DNA of 64,000 nucleotides from Candidatus Krumholzibacteriia bacterium (GTDB lineage Bacteria > Krumholzibacteriota > Krumholzibacteriia > JAJRXK01): positions 168 through 64,167 of the forward strand of contig DATFKK010000145.1 in the NCBI GenBank assembly GCA_035268685.1. Direction: 5' to 3'. The notes beneath the pieces were generated by a model that did not search any database, was not told the origin of the DNA, and worked only from the letters and a program-made list of their open reading frames with translations. Made by a program: the position numbers and the translations under genes. Shown here in pieces: positions 20,623 to 31,322 of the stretch. Numbering within the stretch: the stretch's first letter is position 1; every line of letters starts with the position of its first letter.

Positions 20623-22704
20623 TTGAAGTCCTACCCACCGCAAGACATCCGCAATCTCGCCCTCGTCGCCCACCAGGGCGCCGGCAAGACCACGCTGGCC
20701 GAGGCCATCCTGTTCAAGACGGGCGCGATCGCGCGCATGGGAAGTGTCGACGAGGGAACGAGCAATCTCGACTACCACCAGAGCGAGATCGACCACAAGA
20801 CGAGCATCTTCTCGGCGGTGGGCTCGTGCGAACACGAGAACACGAAGTTCAACCTGGTCGACACCCCGGGCGTCGAGGACTTCCGGGGCGAGGCGATCGC
20901 CGCCATGCAGGTCGTCGAGAGCGCGATGGTCGTCCTGCGGGCCGATGGTGGCGTCGAGGTCGGGACCGAGGCGGTCTGGGAGCTGGTCGAGAAGAACGGC
21001 CTGCCCGCGATCCTGACCGTGACCAAGATGGACAAGGAGAACGCGGACTTCCAGCAGACCTACGACCAGATCCGCGAGCGCTTGAGCGGCAAGGCCATTC
21101 CGGTGCAGCTGCCCATCGGCCAGGGTCCGGAGTTCCAGGGTCTGATCGACGTGGCCACGGGCAAGGCCTACCTGTACGACGCCCAGGGCAATTCGCAGGA
21201 GACCGAGATCCCCGAGGACATGCGCGACGCCTACGAGACGGCGCGCGAGGAGCTGTTCAACGCCGCAGCCGAACACGACGACGCCCTGGTCGAGAAATTC
21301 CTCGAGGAAGGCGAACTGACGACCGACGAGATCACCCAGGGGATCCGGATCGGCGTCCGGGACCGCACGTTCTTCCCCATCTGTGCGGTGAGCGCTGTCG
21401 ACGGTGGCATCGGCATGCGCCCGTTGCTGCACTGCATCAAGGAGTACCTGCCTCCGAGCGACGTGCGGCCGTCGCTGGAGGCCGTCGACTCCTCCGACGC
21501 CGAGACCGAACTGCAGACCGGTGCCGACGCGCCGACTTTCGCCCGGGTGTTCAAGGTGTCGATCGAGAAGGACGCCGGCGAATTCTCGCTCATGCGCTGC
21601 TTCGCCGGGTCGATCGAGGCGGGGAACGAGTACAGGAACTCCACGCACGACCGCACCGAGCGCGTCACCCAGCTCTTCAGCCTCGAGGGCAAGAACCGCG
21701 AGAAGATCGAGCGCATCGGTTGCGGGGACTTCGGAGCCGCGGTGAAGCTCAAGGACACGCACTGCGGCGACACGCTGGCCGACAAGAGCATCGACGCCCA
21801 CCTGCCGCCGATCGCCTACCCCGTGCCGACCTCCCGGGTGGCCCTGCGTCCGGTGAAGGAGGGCGAGGACGACAAGGTCGCCCAGGGCCTGGCCCGGATC
21901 CACGAAGAAGACCCGACCTTCAAGTTCGGCCAGGATCCCGAGACCCATCAGATGGTGCTCGAGGGCATGGGGGAGATGCACTTCGACATCATCCTCGAGC
22001 GCCTGGCCCGCCGCTACGGCGCCGAGGTCACCCGTCACGAACCGCGGATCCCGTACCGCGAGACGCTCAAGTCCTCGATCGAGGTCCACGCCCGCCACAA
22101 GAAGCAGTCGGGCGGCCGCGGGCAGTTCGCCGACGTCCACATCCGCTTCGAGCCGTTGACGCGGGGCGAGGACTTCGAGTTCGTCGACGCCATCGTCGGC
22201 GGTGTGGTGCCCGGCAAGTTCATCCCCGCCGTCGAGAAGGGCATCCGCGAGACCATGCAGAAAGGTGCCCTGGCGGGTTACCGGGTGGTCGACCTGAAGG
22301 CCACACTCTTCGACGGGCAGTACCACGCCGTGGACTCCAGCGAGGCGGCCTTCAAGACCGCGGCCTGGCAGGCCATGCGCAAGGCCTTCAACGAAGGTCA
22401 GGCGACGATCCTCGAGCCCGTCTACGAGGTCGAGATCAAGGTCCCCGACTCGGTCATGGGCGATGTCATGGGCGACCTGAGCTCGCGTCGTGGCCGGATC
22501 CTCGGGAGCGAGACGGCGGGCCACATGGCGATCGTTCGGGCGCACGTACCCCTCGCCGAGTTGTACCGTTACAGCACCGACCTGCGTTCCATGAGCCAGG
22601 GCCGGGCGACGCACACCCGCACGTTCCACCAGTACGAAGAAGTCCCGGGCGACGTCCTCAAGAAGATCGTGGAGGAGTCGACCCTCGAGGCCGAGGAGGC
22701 CTGA
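20623..22704 (+). CDS. Elongation factor G-family translational GTPase (EF-G paralog, outside the str operon)
   Basis: G-domain motifs AHQGAGKTT, DTPG and TKMD, and five-domain EF-G architecture through GDVMGDLSSRRG. TTG start with GGGGAG RBS. Confidence 0.9.
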   Translation: MKSYPPQDIRNLALVAHQGAGKTTLAEAILFKTGAIARMGSVDEGTSNLDYHQSEIDHKTSIFSAVGSCEHENTKFNLVDTPGVEDFRGEAIAAMQVVESAMVVLRADGGVEVGTEAVWELVEKNGLPAILTVTKMDKENADFQQTYDQIRERLSGKAIPVQLPIGQGPEFQGLIDVATGKAYLYDAQGNSQETEIPEDMRDAYETAREELFNAAAEHDDALVEKFLEEGELTTDEITQGIRIGVRDRTFFPICAVSAVDGGIGMRPLLHCIKEYLPPSDVRPSLEAVDSSDAETELQTGADAPTFARVFKVSIEKDAGEFSLMRCFAGSIEAGNEYRNSTHDRTERVTQLFSLEGKNREKIERIGCGDFGAAVKLKDTHCGDTLADKSIDAHLPPIAYPVPTSRVALRPVKEGEDDKVAQGLARIHEEDPTFKFGQDPETHQMVLEGMGEMHFDIILERLARRYGAEVTRHEPRIPYRETLKSSIEVHARHKKQSGGRGQFADVHIRFEPLTRGEDFEFVDAIVGGVVPGKFIPAVEKGIRETMQKGALAGYRVVDLKATLFDGQYHAVDSSEAAFKTAAWQAMRKAFNEGQATILEPVYEVEIKVPDSVMGDVMGDLSSRRGRILGSETAGHMAIVRAHVPLAELYRYSTDLRSMSQGRATHTRTFHQYEEVPGDVLKKIVEESTLEAEEA

Positions 22705-22765
22705 GCCGAATCACCCGGGCGTGCCCGCGGAAGCGCGGGCAGGCTCGCCGTCGCAGGAGAGAGAC

Positions 22766-23521
22766 GTGTCCGGCCATTCCAAGTGGGCGACGATCAAGCG
22801 GAAGAAGGGCGCCAACGACGCGAAGCGCGGCAAGCTCTTCACACGCCTGGCCAAGGAGATCACCATCGCCGCCCGAGACGGCGGGGGGGATCCGGAGATG
22901 AACGCCGGACTGCGCACGGCGATCAACAACGCCAAGGCGCAGAACATGCCCAACGACAACATCGACCGCGCGATCAAGCGCGGCACCGGTGAGGTCGACG
23001 GCGTCAGCTACGAGGAGAAGACCTTCGCCGGCTTCTACGGCGGAGTGGCGATCCTGGTGAACACGGTGACCGACAACAACAACCGGACCACGGCCGAGGT
23101 CCGGCACGTGTTCAGCAAGCACAACGGCAAGATGGTCGACACCGGATCGGCCTCGATCTACTTCGAGCGCAAGGGCATCATCACCGTCTCCGCGTCGGAG
23201 ACCGACGAGGAGAAGGTCATGGAAGTCGTCATCGACGCCGGGGCCGAGGACGTCGAGACCGAGGACGAAGTGATCACGGTGACCACGCCGCGCGAGGGCT
23301 TCCACGCCGTCGTCAAGGCGCTCGAGTCGGCCGGGATCCAGCCGCAGACCGCCGAGCTACAGGACGTGCCGACCAACACGGTGGTCATCGCCGGGAGCGA
23401 CGCCGAGGGGCTCATGAAGCTCCTGAGCGTGCTCGACGATCTCGACGACACCAGCTCGGTCGCCGCGAACTACGACATCCCCGACGACGAGATGGCCAAG
23501 CTCCAGGAACTGTTCGGATGA
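22766..23521 (+). CDS. yebC: YebC/PmpR-family probable transcriptional regulator
   Basis: GHSKWATIKRKK N-terminus from GTG 22766; conserved position upstream of ruvC. Confidence 0.9.
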   Translation: MSGHSKWATIKRKKGANDAKRGKLFTRLAKEITIAARDGGGDPEMNAGLRTAINNAKAQNMPNDNIDRAIKRGTGEVDGVSYEEKTFAGFYGGVAILVNTVTDNNNRTTAEVRHVFSKHNGKMVDTGSASIYFERKGIITVSASETDEEKVMEVVIDAGAEDVETEDEVITVTTPREGFHAVVKALESAGIQPQTAELQDVPTNTVVIAGSDAEGLMKLLSVLDDLDDTSSVAANYDIPDDEMAKLQELFG

Positions 23522-24030
23522 TCCGTCTGCTGGGGCTCGATCCCGGCAGCCGGCGCCTGGGGTGGGGTGCGATCGAGGTCGACGGATCGCGTCTGGCCCA
23601 TCTCGGACACGGAACCATCGTCGCGCCCGAGCGCCGGCCCTTGCCCGAGCGGCTGCTGCTGCTGCACGACGAACTCGAGCGGGTCCTCGATCGGTTGCAA
23701 CCGGCGTCCATCGGCCTGGAGCAGGTCTACACGGGGCCGAACCCGAAGTCGGCCCTCACGCTCGGGCAGGCCCGCGGTGTGATCATGCTCTGCGTGGCCC
23801 GCCGCGAGCTCGATCTCGCCGAGTACGCTCCGGCCGAGATCAAGGTGGCCGTGACCGGCAACGGCCGGTCGGACAAGTCCCAGATGGCGCGCATGCTCGA
23901 ACGGCTGCTGGCCGTCGACCTGCGCGAGGCGGGCGAAGACAGCACCGATGCGCTCGCGGTGGCGGTGTGCCACGCCCACGGGCGTCAGCGCCGTCGTCTC
24001 GTGGAGCGCGCCCGATCCACGCGCGCCTGA
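23518..24030 (+). CDS. ruvC: Holliday junction resolvase RuvC
   Basis: MIRLLGLDPGSRRLGWGAIE and RNase H-like catalytic acidic residues. ATGA overlap with yebC. Confidence 0.95.
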   Translation: MIRLLGLDPGSRRLGWGAIEVDGSRLAHLGHGTIVAPERRPLPERLLLLHDELERVLDRLQPASIGLEQVYTGPNPKSALTLGQARGVIMLCVARRELDLAEYAPAEIKVAVTGNGRSDKSQMARMLERLLAVDLREAGEDSTDALAVAVCHAHGRQRRRLVERARSTRA

Positions 24031-24049
24031 GGAACCCGAGGAAGCGGCC

Positions 24050-24667
24050 ATGTACGCCTTCGTCGAGGGAGAGATCGACTCGCTGGGACCGCCGGTGGTG
24101 GTGTCCGTCGCCGGCGTCGGATACGAGGTCTGGGTGCCCGAGCGTCACCGCCACGAGCTGGCCGCCCACGTCGGTCCGGTCCGGCTCTACACGCATCTGC
24201 AGGTGCGTGAGGACGACATGACGCTCTACGGGTTTCCCAGTCCGGCCCGGCGCGAAGTCTTCCGCGCACTGATCTCGGTGAACGGAGTGGGGCCGAAGGT
24301 CGCGCTGGCCGTACTGGGCGACGACGCGGCCGACGAGGTACTGCGCGGGATCCGCCGCGGCGATCACGAACCCCTGCGGTCGGTGAAGGGGATCGGCAAG
24401 AAGACCGCCGAGCGCATCGTCATCGATCTGCAGGAGCGGGCCGCCGCCTGGATCGACTCGGGACCCGCATCCGAGACGGAGCCCGCGTCCGCCGGCGAGG
24501 TCGACGATCCACTGGCCGCCGAGGCCCTCCTGGCCCTGCAGGCACTGGGCGTCTCGCCGGATCGCGCGAGCGCGGCGATCGTCGCGGTGCTGGAGCACGA
24601 CGAGCGACCGGACGACGTCGAGGCTCTGTTGCGCCGGGCACTGCGGCGCCTGCATCCGGCCGGCTGA
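24050..24667 (+). CDS. ruvA: Holliday junction DNA helicase RuvA
   Basis: MYAFVEGEI...LISVNGVGPKVALAVL...GIGKKTAERIV helix-hairpin-helix motifs. Confidence 0.95.
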   Translation: MYAFVEGEIDSLGPPVVVSVAGVGYEVWVPERHRHELAAHVGPVRLYTHLQVREDDMTLYGFPSPARREVFRALISVNGVGPKVALAVLGDDAADEVLRGIRRGDHEPLRSVKGIGKKTAERIVIDLQERAAAWIDSGPASETEPASAGEVDDPLAAEALLALQALGVSPDRASAAIVAVLEHDERPDDVEALLRRALRRLHPAG

Positions 24668-24702
24668 GCGCGGTCTCGATCCGAACGAGGGAGTCCCGAT
24701 CC

Positions 24703-25731
24703 GTGAACGAACCACAGCAACGCTGGACCGACCCCCGCCCGCAGGATGCCGAGCGCGGTGACGAGACCTCGCTGCGCCCGCACCGCCTCGACCACTTCAT
24801 CGGTCAGGAGCGGGTGAAGGGTCAGCTGGCGCTGTTCCTGCGCGCGGCCCGCGAGCGTGACGAGATGCTCGACCACGTGCTCTTCTACGGGCCGCCGGGT
24901 CTGGGCAAGACCACCCTGGCCGGAATCGTGGCCCGCGAGATGGACTGCGAGCTACGGGTCACCAGTGGCCCCGCCTTCCAGAACGCGGCGGAACTGGCCA
25001 GTGTGCTGACGAGCGAAGAAGGGCGCCACTGCCTGTTCATCGACGAGATCCACCGCCTGGGTCGCGTGGTCGAGGAACACTTGTATCCGGCCATGGAGGA
25101 CTTCACGGTGGAACTGGTGGTCGACAAGGGGCCGGCCGCCCGGCGCTACCAGCTCCCATTGTCGCCGTTCACACTGGTCGGCGCGACGACGCGTGCCGGT
25201 ATGATCACGCCGGCCATGCGCAGTCGTTTCGGGATCGTCCTGCACCTCGACTTCTACCCGCCCGCGGAGCTGGCGGTGATCGTCCGGCGCAGCGCGGCGA
25301 TCCTGGGTGTCGAGCTCGACGACGACGGCGCCGACGAGATCGCCCGCCGGAGCCGAGGGACTCCCCGCGTGGCCAACCGTCTGCTGCGGCGGGTGCGCGA
25401 CGTGGCGCAGGTCGAGGGGGCACCACGCGTCGATCGCGAGGTCGCCCAGCGCGCGCTCACCCTGCTCGAGGTCGACGCACTCGGGCTCGAGACGCTCGAT
25501 CGCAACTACCTCGAATGTCTCGTGCGGACCTTCGAGGGCGGGCCGGTGGGTCTGTCGACGTTGTCGGTCAGCCTGGGCGAGGAGTCGGACACGCTCGAGG
25601 ACGTGGTCGAACCCTTCCTGATCCAGCGCGGACTCGTGCAGCGCACGCCGCGCGGGCGCGCGGCCACGTCGCGGGCCTTCGAACACCTGGGCCTGCGCCC
25701 GAGGCGATCGGTCGAGGATCCGCTGCTGTGA
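24703..25731 (+). CDS. ruvB: Holliday junction DNA helicase RuvB
   Basis: LRP..LDHFIGQE, Walker A GPPGLGKTT, FIDEIHRL, sensor TTRAG. Confidence 0.95.
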   Translation: MNEPQQRWTDPRPQDAERGDETSLRPHRLDHFIGQERVKGQLALFLRAARERDEMLDHVLFYGPPGLGKTTLAGIVAREMDCELRVTSGPAFQNAAELASVLTSEEGRHCLFIDEIHRLGRVVEEHLYPAMEDFTVELVVDKGPAARRYQLPLSPFTLVGATTRAGMITPAMRSRFGIVLHLDFYPPAELAVIVRRSAAILGVELDDDGADEIARRSRGTPRVANRLLRRVRDVAQVEGAPRVDREVAQRALTLLEVDALGLETLDRNYLECLVRTFEGGPVGLSTLSVSLGEESDTLEDVVEPFLIQRGLVQRTPRGRAATSRAFEHLGLRPRRSVEDPLL

Positions 25732-26771
25732 GCAGGACTCCGCGTCTCGACGACGTCGACTACCACCTGCCGCCCGAGCGGATCGCCCAACGACCGCCCG
25801 ATCGTCGCACCGGTTCACGCCTGCTGTGCTGGCACGCTGACGGAACGCTGGAGCACCGTCGCTTCGAGCAGGTCGTGGACCTGCTGCGCCCCGGCGATCT
25901 GCTCGTGCTGAACGACACACGGGTCTTCCCCGCGCGCCTGTTGGGACGCAAGCGGTCCGGGACGGCCGCGGTCGAGATGCTGCTGGTCCGCCCGCGCGAG
26001 GACGTGGGCCCTTGCACGTGGGAGGCCATGTTGCGCCCCGCCCGTCGCCTGCCGCCGGGAACGTCGATCGAGCTCGACGGAGGACTCGAGGCGCGCGTGG
26101 ATCGACGCACCGACGACGGCACCTCCCTCGTCGAGCTCGATCGACCCGAGGCGGTCATCGCCCACTGCCGCCGCCACGGGCACGTCCCGTTGCCGCCGTA
26201 CATCGACCGGCCGGACGACGCCACCGACCGGGAGCGCTACCAGACGGTGTTCGCCCGGGTCGACGGATCCGTCGCCGCGCCGACGGCGGGACTCCACTTC
26301 GACGACGGCCTGCTGGAACGTGTCGAGGCCGCGGGTGTGGAGCGCACGCAGGTGACGCTCCACGTGGGCCCGGGAACCTTCCGCCCGCTCGACGAGGACG
26401 ACGTCGCCGGCGAGACGTTGCACGCCGAGTGGTGCGAGGTGGGTGAGGGCGCCGTCGAGGCCCTGCGCCGGACCCGCGCGCGCGGAGGTCGCGTCGTGGC
26501 CGTGGGGACCACCGCCTGTCGCAGCCTCGAGACGCTCGACGACGTCCCGCATCCGTTCCGCGGGGCCACCGAGCTGTTCGTCAAACCGGGCCACCGCTTC
26601 CGCTGGGTCGACGTGTTGATCACGAACTTCCACCTGCCCCGCAGCTCGCTGTTGCTGCTCGTCGCCGCCCTCGCGCCGGGCCGCTGGCGCAAGGCCTACG
26701 AGGAGGCGGTCGCGGCGGGCTACCGGTTCTACAGCTACGGCGACGCGAACTGGATCGAGAGGACGTCGTGA
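25728..26771 (+). CDS. queA: S-adenosylmethionine:tRNA ribosyltransferase-isomerase
   Basis: DYHLPPERIAQ, VLNDTRVFPARL, LLLVAAL. GTG 25728 overlaps the ruvB stop (GTGA). Confidence 0.9.
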   Translation: MSRTPRLDDVDYHLPPERIAQRPPDRRTGSRLLCWHADGTLEHRRFEQVVDLLRPGDLLVLNDTRVFPARLLGRKRSGTAAVEMLLVRPREDVGPCTWEAMLRPARRLPPGTSIELDGGLEARVDRRTDDGTSLVELDRPEAVIAHCRRHGHVPLPPYIDRPDDATDRERYQTVFARVDGSVAAPTAGLHFDDGLLERVEAAGVERTQVTLHVGPGTFRPLDEDDVAGETLHAEWCEVGEGAVEALRRTRARGGRVVAVGTTACRSLETLDDVPHPFRGATELFVKPGHRFRWVDVLITNFHLPRSSLLLLVAALAPGRWRKAYEEAVAAGYRFYSYGDANWIERTS

Positions 26772-27910
26772 GCGGATTCGGCTTCGAGTGCACGCACACC
26801 GACGGACGTGCGCGGCGCGGGCGCCTGCACACCGACCACGGCGTGATCGAAACGCCGGTGTTCATGCCCGTGGGGACGCAGGCCACGGTGAAGGGACTGA
26901 CGCCCGAGCAGATCCGGGCCACTGGCGCCTCGATGATCCTGGCCAACACCTATCACCTGTACCTGCGGCCCGGGCACGAGAGGATCGCGCGCCTGGGCGG
27001 TCTGCATCGCTTCAGCACCTGGGACGGAGCGATGCTCACCGACAGCGGGGGATTCCAGGTCTTCAGCCTTGGCGACCTGCGCGAGATCGACGACGACGGT
27101 GTGTCGTTCCGCAGCCATCTCGACGGGAGTCCGCACCGATTCACGCCGGAACACGCCATGGACGTCCAGGCGGCCCTGGGCGCCGACGTGGTCATGGCCT
27201 TCGACGAGTGTCCGGCCCTGCCCGCCGCCGACGAGGACGTGGCCCGCGCGGTGGACCGCACCGTCGCCTGGGCGCGGCGCTGTCGCGATCACTTCGGTCC
27301 GCGGCGACGTCACGAGGCGGGGCACCAGCAGGCGCTGTTCGGGATCGTCCAGGGGGGGCTGGTCGCGTCCGAGCGCGCTCGCTGCGCCGAGGCGCTGATC
27401 GAGCTCGACCTGCCCGGCTACGCGATCGGCGGGCTGTCGGTGGGCGAGTCGAAGGACGACATGCACCGCACGAGCCGCAGCACGGCGGCGCTCCTGCCCG
27501 CCGACCGGCCGCGCTACCTCATGGGGGTGGGATATCCCGAGGACATCGTCGCTGCGGTCGCCGGTGGGGTCGACATGTTCGACTGCGTCCTCCCCACACG
27601 CCTGGCGCGCCACGGCACGCTCCTGACCGAGGCGGGGCGGATCCATCTTCGCAACGCCCGCTTCGCCGAGGACGAACGTCCGCCCGATCCCGCGTGCGAC
27701 TGCCCCGTCTGCCGGCGCTTCAGCCGGGCCTACCTGCGTCACCTCGTGGTCGCCGGCGAGCTGCTCGGGATGATCCTGGGCACGGTCCACAACGTGACGC
27801 ACTACCAGCGCCTGATGCGCGAGATCCGCGACGCCATCGAGGCGGGTCGCTTCGAGCAGCTCGCGGATCGCATCGGGACGCGTCCCACGCGTGCACCCGC
27901 CGAGGCCTAG
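26768..27910 (+). CDS. tgt: Queuine tRNA-ribosyltransferase
   Basis: HGVIETPVFMPVGTQATVKG, DSGGFQ, zinc site CDCPVCRRFSRAYLRHL. Confidence 0.95.
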   Translation: MSGFGFECTHTDGRARRGRLHTDHGVIETPVFMPVGTQATVKGLTPEQIRATGASMILANTYHLYLRPGHERIARLGGLHRFSTWDGAMLTDSGGFQVFSLGDLREIDDDGVSFRSHLDGSPHRFTPEHAMDVQAALGADVVMAFDECPALPAADEDVARAVDRTVAWARRCRDHFGPRRRHEAGHQQALFGIVQGGLVASERARCAEALIELDLPGYAIGGLSVGESKDDMHRTSRSTAALLPADRPRYLMGVGYPEDIVAAVAGGVDMFDCVLPTRLARHGTLLTEAGRIHLRNARFAEDERPPDPACDCPVCRRFSRAYLRHLVVAGELLGMILGTVHNVTHYQRLMREIRDAIEAGRFEQLADRIGTRPTRAPAEA

Positions 27911-28022
27911 GCGGCGCGCGGAGGCCTCGTCGCTTGCCGCCTCCGGAGCCGCGACCTAGACTCCCTCCGTCGAGGCCGCCCGGAGGCCCGCTCCGACCCG
28001 TGACCCGCGAAAGGTCCTTTCC

Positions 28023-28415
28023 ATGGCACTGTCGCTTCCGTCCGCGCTGCTCACGGCCGCCCCTTCGGCGCCGTTCGCCTTCGCCCCGCCGTCCGACGGC
28101 GAGGGGGGCAATCCCTTCATCGGGCTGCTGCCCCTGGTCCTGATCATGGTGATCTTCTACCTGCTGGTCATCCGTCCGCAGCAGAAGCGCTACAAGGACC
28201 ACCAGAAGATGGTGCAGGCCCTGGGCCGGGGGGACCGGATCCTCACCAACGGCGGGCTCTACGCCACGGTCCAGGACGTCAAGGACGACATGATCGTGTG
28301 CGTGATCGCCGACGGAGTGAAGGTCGAGGTCGCGAAGAATTCGGTGTCGTCACGTGTGGCGGCCAAGGGTGCCAAGGAAGAGGGCGGCAAGTCCGGCAAG
28401 TCCTCGAAGAAGTAG
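28023..28415 (+). CDS. yajC: Preprotein translocase subunit YajC
   Basis: Single TM helix plus KKGDRILTNGGLYATV-type motif; conserved queA-tgt-yajC order. Confidence 0.85.
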   Translation: MALSLPSALLTAAPSAPFAFAPPSDGEGGNPFIGLLPLVLIMVIFYLLVIRPQQKRYKDHQKMVQALGRGDRILTNGGLYATVQDVKDDMIVCVIADGVKVEVAKNSVSSRVAAKGAKEEGGKSGKSSKK

Positions 28416-28418
28416 GTC

Positions 28419-28955
28419 ATGCGCGAAGAAGAGCTCGAGGTCCTGCTGTACGGTCATCCCGATCTGCGTGTGAAGTGCGATCCGGTGGAGACCTTCGACG
28501 ACGAGCTGCGTGCGCTCGCTCGTCGCATGGAGACCACCATGCTCGCCGAGCGCGGGATCGGTCTGGCCGCGCCGCAGGTGGGCGTGACGCGACGCATGTT
28601 CCTGGCCGAGGACCAGCGCGAGGGTCTGCCGCGTACGCTCGCCCTGGTGAATCCCGAGATCACCTTCCTCTCGCAGGAGCGCGACAAGTTCAACGAGGGT
28701 TGCCTGAGCTTCCCCGACGTCTTCGCCGACGTGAACCGCCCCGTGCGCGCGCAGGTGCGCTACCAGGACCTCGAAGGCAACGAGCACCAACTCGAGGACG
28801 ACGGACTGCTCGCGCGGGTGGTCCAGCACGAGCACGACCACCTCGACGGCAGGCTCTTCGTCGACCACCTGCCCATGATCAAGCGCAAGCTGCTCGCCCG
28901 GAAGCTCAAGGATCTGCAGCGCCGGGCCCGCGAACAGCAGCAGACCGGTCGCTGA
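28419..28955 (+). CDS. def: Peptide deformylase
   Basis: GIGLAAPQVG, EGCLSFP and HEHDHLDG metal-binding motifs. Confidence 0.95.
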   Translation: MREEELEVLLYGHPDLRVKCDPVETFDDELRALARRMETTMLAERGIGLAAPQVGVTRRMFLAEDQREGLPRTLALVNPEITFLSQERDKFNEGCLSFPDVFADVNRPVRAQVRYQDLEGNEHQLEDDGLLARVVQHEHDHLDGRLFVDHLPMIKRKLLARKLKDLQRRAREQQQTGR

Positions 28956-28959
28956 ACCG

Positions 28960-29931
28960 ATGCGCGCCGTCTTCTGCGGATCCCCCGACTTCGCCGTGCC
29001 CGCGCTCGACGCCGTGGTCGACGCGGGCTTCGAGGTCCCTCTGGTGGTCAGCCAGCCCGACCGGGTCCGAGGCCGTCGAGGCAAAGCCACACCGACGCCC
29101 GTCCGGGCGCGGGGGGTCGAGCGCGGACTCGACACCGCCGTGCTGGAACGGGGCAAGGCGAACCGGGTGGCGCTGTACGAGCGGGTGCTGGCCCTGGAGC
29201 CCGACATCGTGCTCGTGGTGGCCTTCGGGCACATCGTGCGCGAGCCCTTGCTCGGCGGAGCGCGGCTCGGCTGTCTGAACGTGCATGCCTCCTTGCTCCC
29301 CCGTTGGAGGGGGCCCGCGCCGATCCACACCGCGATCGTGGCCGGCGACGACGAGACCGGTGTCTGCACCATGGAGCTCGCCGCCGGCGTCGACACGGGC
29401 GATGTCTACGACGTGTCCCGCACGTCGATCGAGCCGAATCTCACCGCCGGCGAACTGCACGATCGTCTGGCGGTCCTCGGTGCCGACCTGCTGGTGTCGA
29501 CCCTGCGCCGTCTCGACGAGGGGGACACCCACGCCACGCCGCAGCCCGAGGAGGGGATCACGCACGCACCGATGCTTTCGAAGTCCGAGGGCAGCGTGGA
29601 CTTCGACGCTCCCTGCCGTCGCGTGCACGACCGCGTGCGCGGTTTCGATCCGTGGCCGGGCGTGACCGTGCGCAGCGGCGAGGTACACCTGAAGCTGAGC
29701 GGATCCCGCGCGCTGTCGCTGCCCGCGCGGGAGGCGCCGGGAACGATCGAGACGATCGACGACGAGGGAATGCTCGTGGCCTGTGCCGACGATCTGCTCC
29801 TGGTCCGTCGCGTCCAGCCGGCCGGACGACGACCCATGCGTCCGATCGAGTGCGCGCGGGGACACGGGCTGGCCGTGGGAGCGGCGTTGCGCCCCGTCGA
29901 GGGCTTCGAGCCGGTGGAGCCGCGGCTTTGA
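28960..29931 (+). CDS. fmt: Methionyl-tRNA formyltransferase
   Basis: MRAVFCGSPDFAVPAL, NVHASLLPRWRGPAPI, C-terminal domain. Confidence 0.95.
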   Translation: MRAVFCGSPDFAVPALDAVVDAGFEVPLVVSQPDRVRGRRGKATPTPVRARGVERGLDTAVLERGKANRVALYERVLALEPDIVLVVAFGHIVREPLLGGARLGCLNVHASLLPRWRGPAPIHTAIVAGDDETGVCTMELAAGVDTGDVYDVSRTSIEPNLTAGELHDRLAVLGADLLVSTLRRLDEGDTHATPQPEEGITHAPMLSKSEGSVDFDAPCRRVHDRVRGFDPWPGVTVRSGEVHLKLSGSRALSLPAREAPGTIETIDDEGMLVACADDLLLVRRVQPAGRRPMRPIECARGHGLAVGAALRPVEGFEPVEPRL

Positions 29932-29939
29932 GGCGGAAG

Positions 29940-31322
29940 GTGCGTGGCCGGCGGGTGCGCCGGGTCGATCCCGTTCGGCGGGCCGCCGTCGAACTGCTGG
30001 AGGCGTGGCAGAGGGGACACCGACACGTCGAGGATCTGGTCGAGGACCTGGAACGTCGCCCCGGTCCGGACAGCGCATCGGATCGGGCCTACGTCGACCG
30101 GCGCCGGTTGCGCGAGATCGTCTACGGGGCGGTTCGTCTGCACGCGCGCTACGATCATCTGATCGCGGTGTTCAGCGACGGCACCAAATCGCCGCCGCCC
30201 CGCCTGCGTGCCCTCTTCTGGGTCGCCCTGCACGAACACACCGAAATGCGGTCACCCGATCACGCCGTGGTGAGCGAGGCGGTCGACCTGACCCATGCCC
30301 TGCGGCTGGAATGGGCTGCCGGTTGGGTCAACGCCGTCTTGCGCCGGGCGACACGTGAGGACCTGGCGTCGTGCTTCCCCGATCCCGGGACGGACCCGAT
30401 CGGTCACGCCGCGACCTGGCACAGCCATCCGCGGTGGTTGGCCGAACGGTGGCACGCTCTGCTCGGCGCCGCCGAGATGTCCGCGCTGTGCGCGGCGGGC
30501 AACGAGCGTCCGGTCGTCCACCTGCGGGCCGCTCCCGGCCGCCGCGACGCACTGCAGGACGAACTCCGACGCTTCGAGTGGGAAACGCACGCCGTCGACG
30601 GGGTGCCCGATGCCCTGGAGCTGGACACCCGGGTCCCGCCGGCCGTCGTGCTCGAGGCGGTCGAGGAGTCCTGTGCCGTGCAGGACGCCGCGGCTCAACT
30701 CGTGGCTCCGCTGCTGACCCTCGAACCGGTTGCGGAGCCACGCGTTCTCGACGCCTGTGCCGCGCCCGGCGGCAAGACCCTGCACCTGGCCCAGTTGCTG
30801 GGGACGTCGGCGCACGTCGTCGCCGCCGATCCGGTCGCCGCCCGACTGACCCGGGTGCGGCAGGGACTCGACCGGCTCGACCTCGGCGGCCGCGTGCACC
30901 TGGTGGCGGCCGACGGTGAGGCCCTGCCCCTGCGCGCGGGCGCCTTCGACGGCGTGCTCGTCGACGCTCCCTGCACGGGGACGGGCGTGCTCGCCCGCCG
31001 TCACGATGCGCGCTGGCTGCGCCGTCCCGAAGACCTGGTCGAACTGCCGAAGCTGCAGGCGCGACTGCTCGAGGCGGCCATCGACCGCACGCGAGCCGGC
31101 GGTGTGATCGTCTACGCGACCTGCTCGCTCGAGCCCGAGGAGAACGACGAAGTGGTGGACACCGTCCTCGCCCGTCGCGAGGATATCGAGGAGATCGGTG
31201 TGGACGATGCCGTCGACGAACGATTCCGGCGCGGATCCCGGTTGCAGACCTGGCCGCACCGCCACGGGATCGACGGCGCATTCGCCGCGCGTCTGCGGCG
31301 AACCGGTGAGGTCGCTTCGTGA
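29940..31322 (+). CDS. rsmB: 16S rRNA (cytosine967-C5)-methyltransferase RsmB/Sun
   Basis: NusB-like N-terminus (RRAAVELLEAW), SAM motif DACAAPGGKT, and the catalytic Cys in the motif PCTGTG plus a second conserved Cys in YATCS. GTG 29940 with GAGG RBS chosen inside the long ORF, which overlaps fmt in another frame. Confidence 0.9.
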   Translation: MRGRRVRRVDPVRRAAVELLEAWQRGHRHVEDLVEDLERRPGPDSASDRAYVDRRRLREIVYGAVRLHARYDHLIAVFSDGTKSPPPRLRALFWVALHEHTEMRSPDHAVVSEAVDLTHALRLEWAAGWVNAVLRRATREDLASCFPDPGTDPIGHAATWHSHPRWLAERWHALLGAAEMSALCAAGNERPVVHLRAAPGRRDALQDELRRFEWETHAVDGVPDALELDTRVPPAVVLEAVEESCAVQDAAAQLVAPLLTLEPVAEPRVLDACAAPGGKTLHLAQLLGTSAHVVAADPVAARLTRVRQGLDRLDLGGRVHLVAADGEALPLRAGAFDGVLVDAPCTGTGVLARRHDARWLRRPEDLVELPKLQARLLEAAIDRTRAGGVIVYATCSLEPEENDEVVDTVLARREDIEEIGVDDAVDERFRRGSRLQTWPHRHGIDGAFAARLRRTGEVAS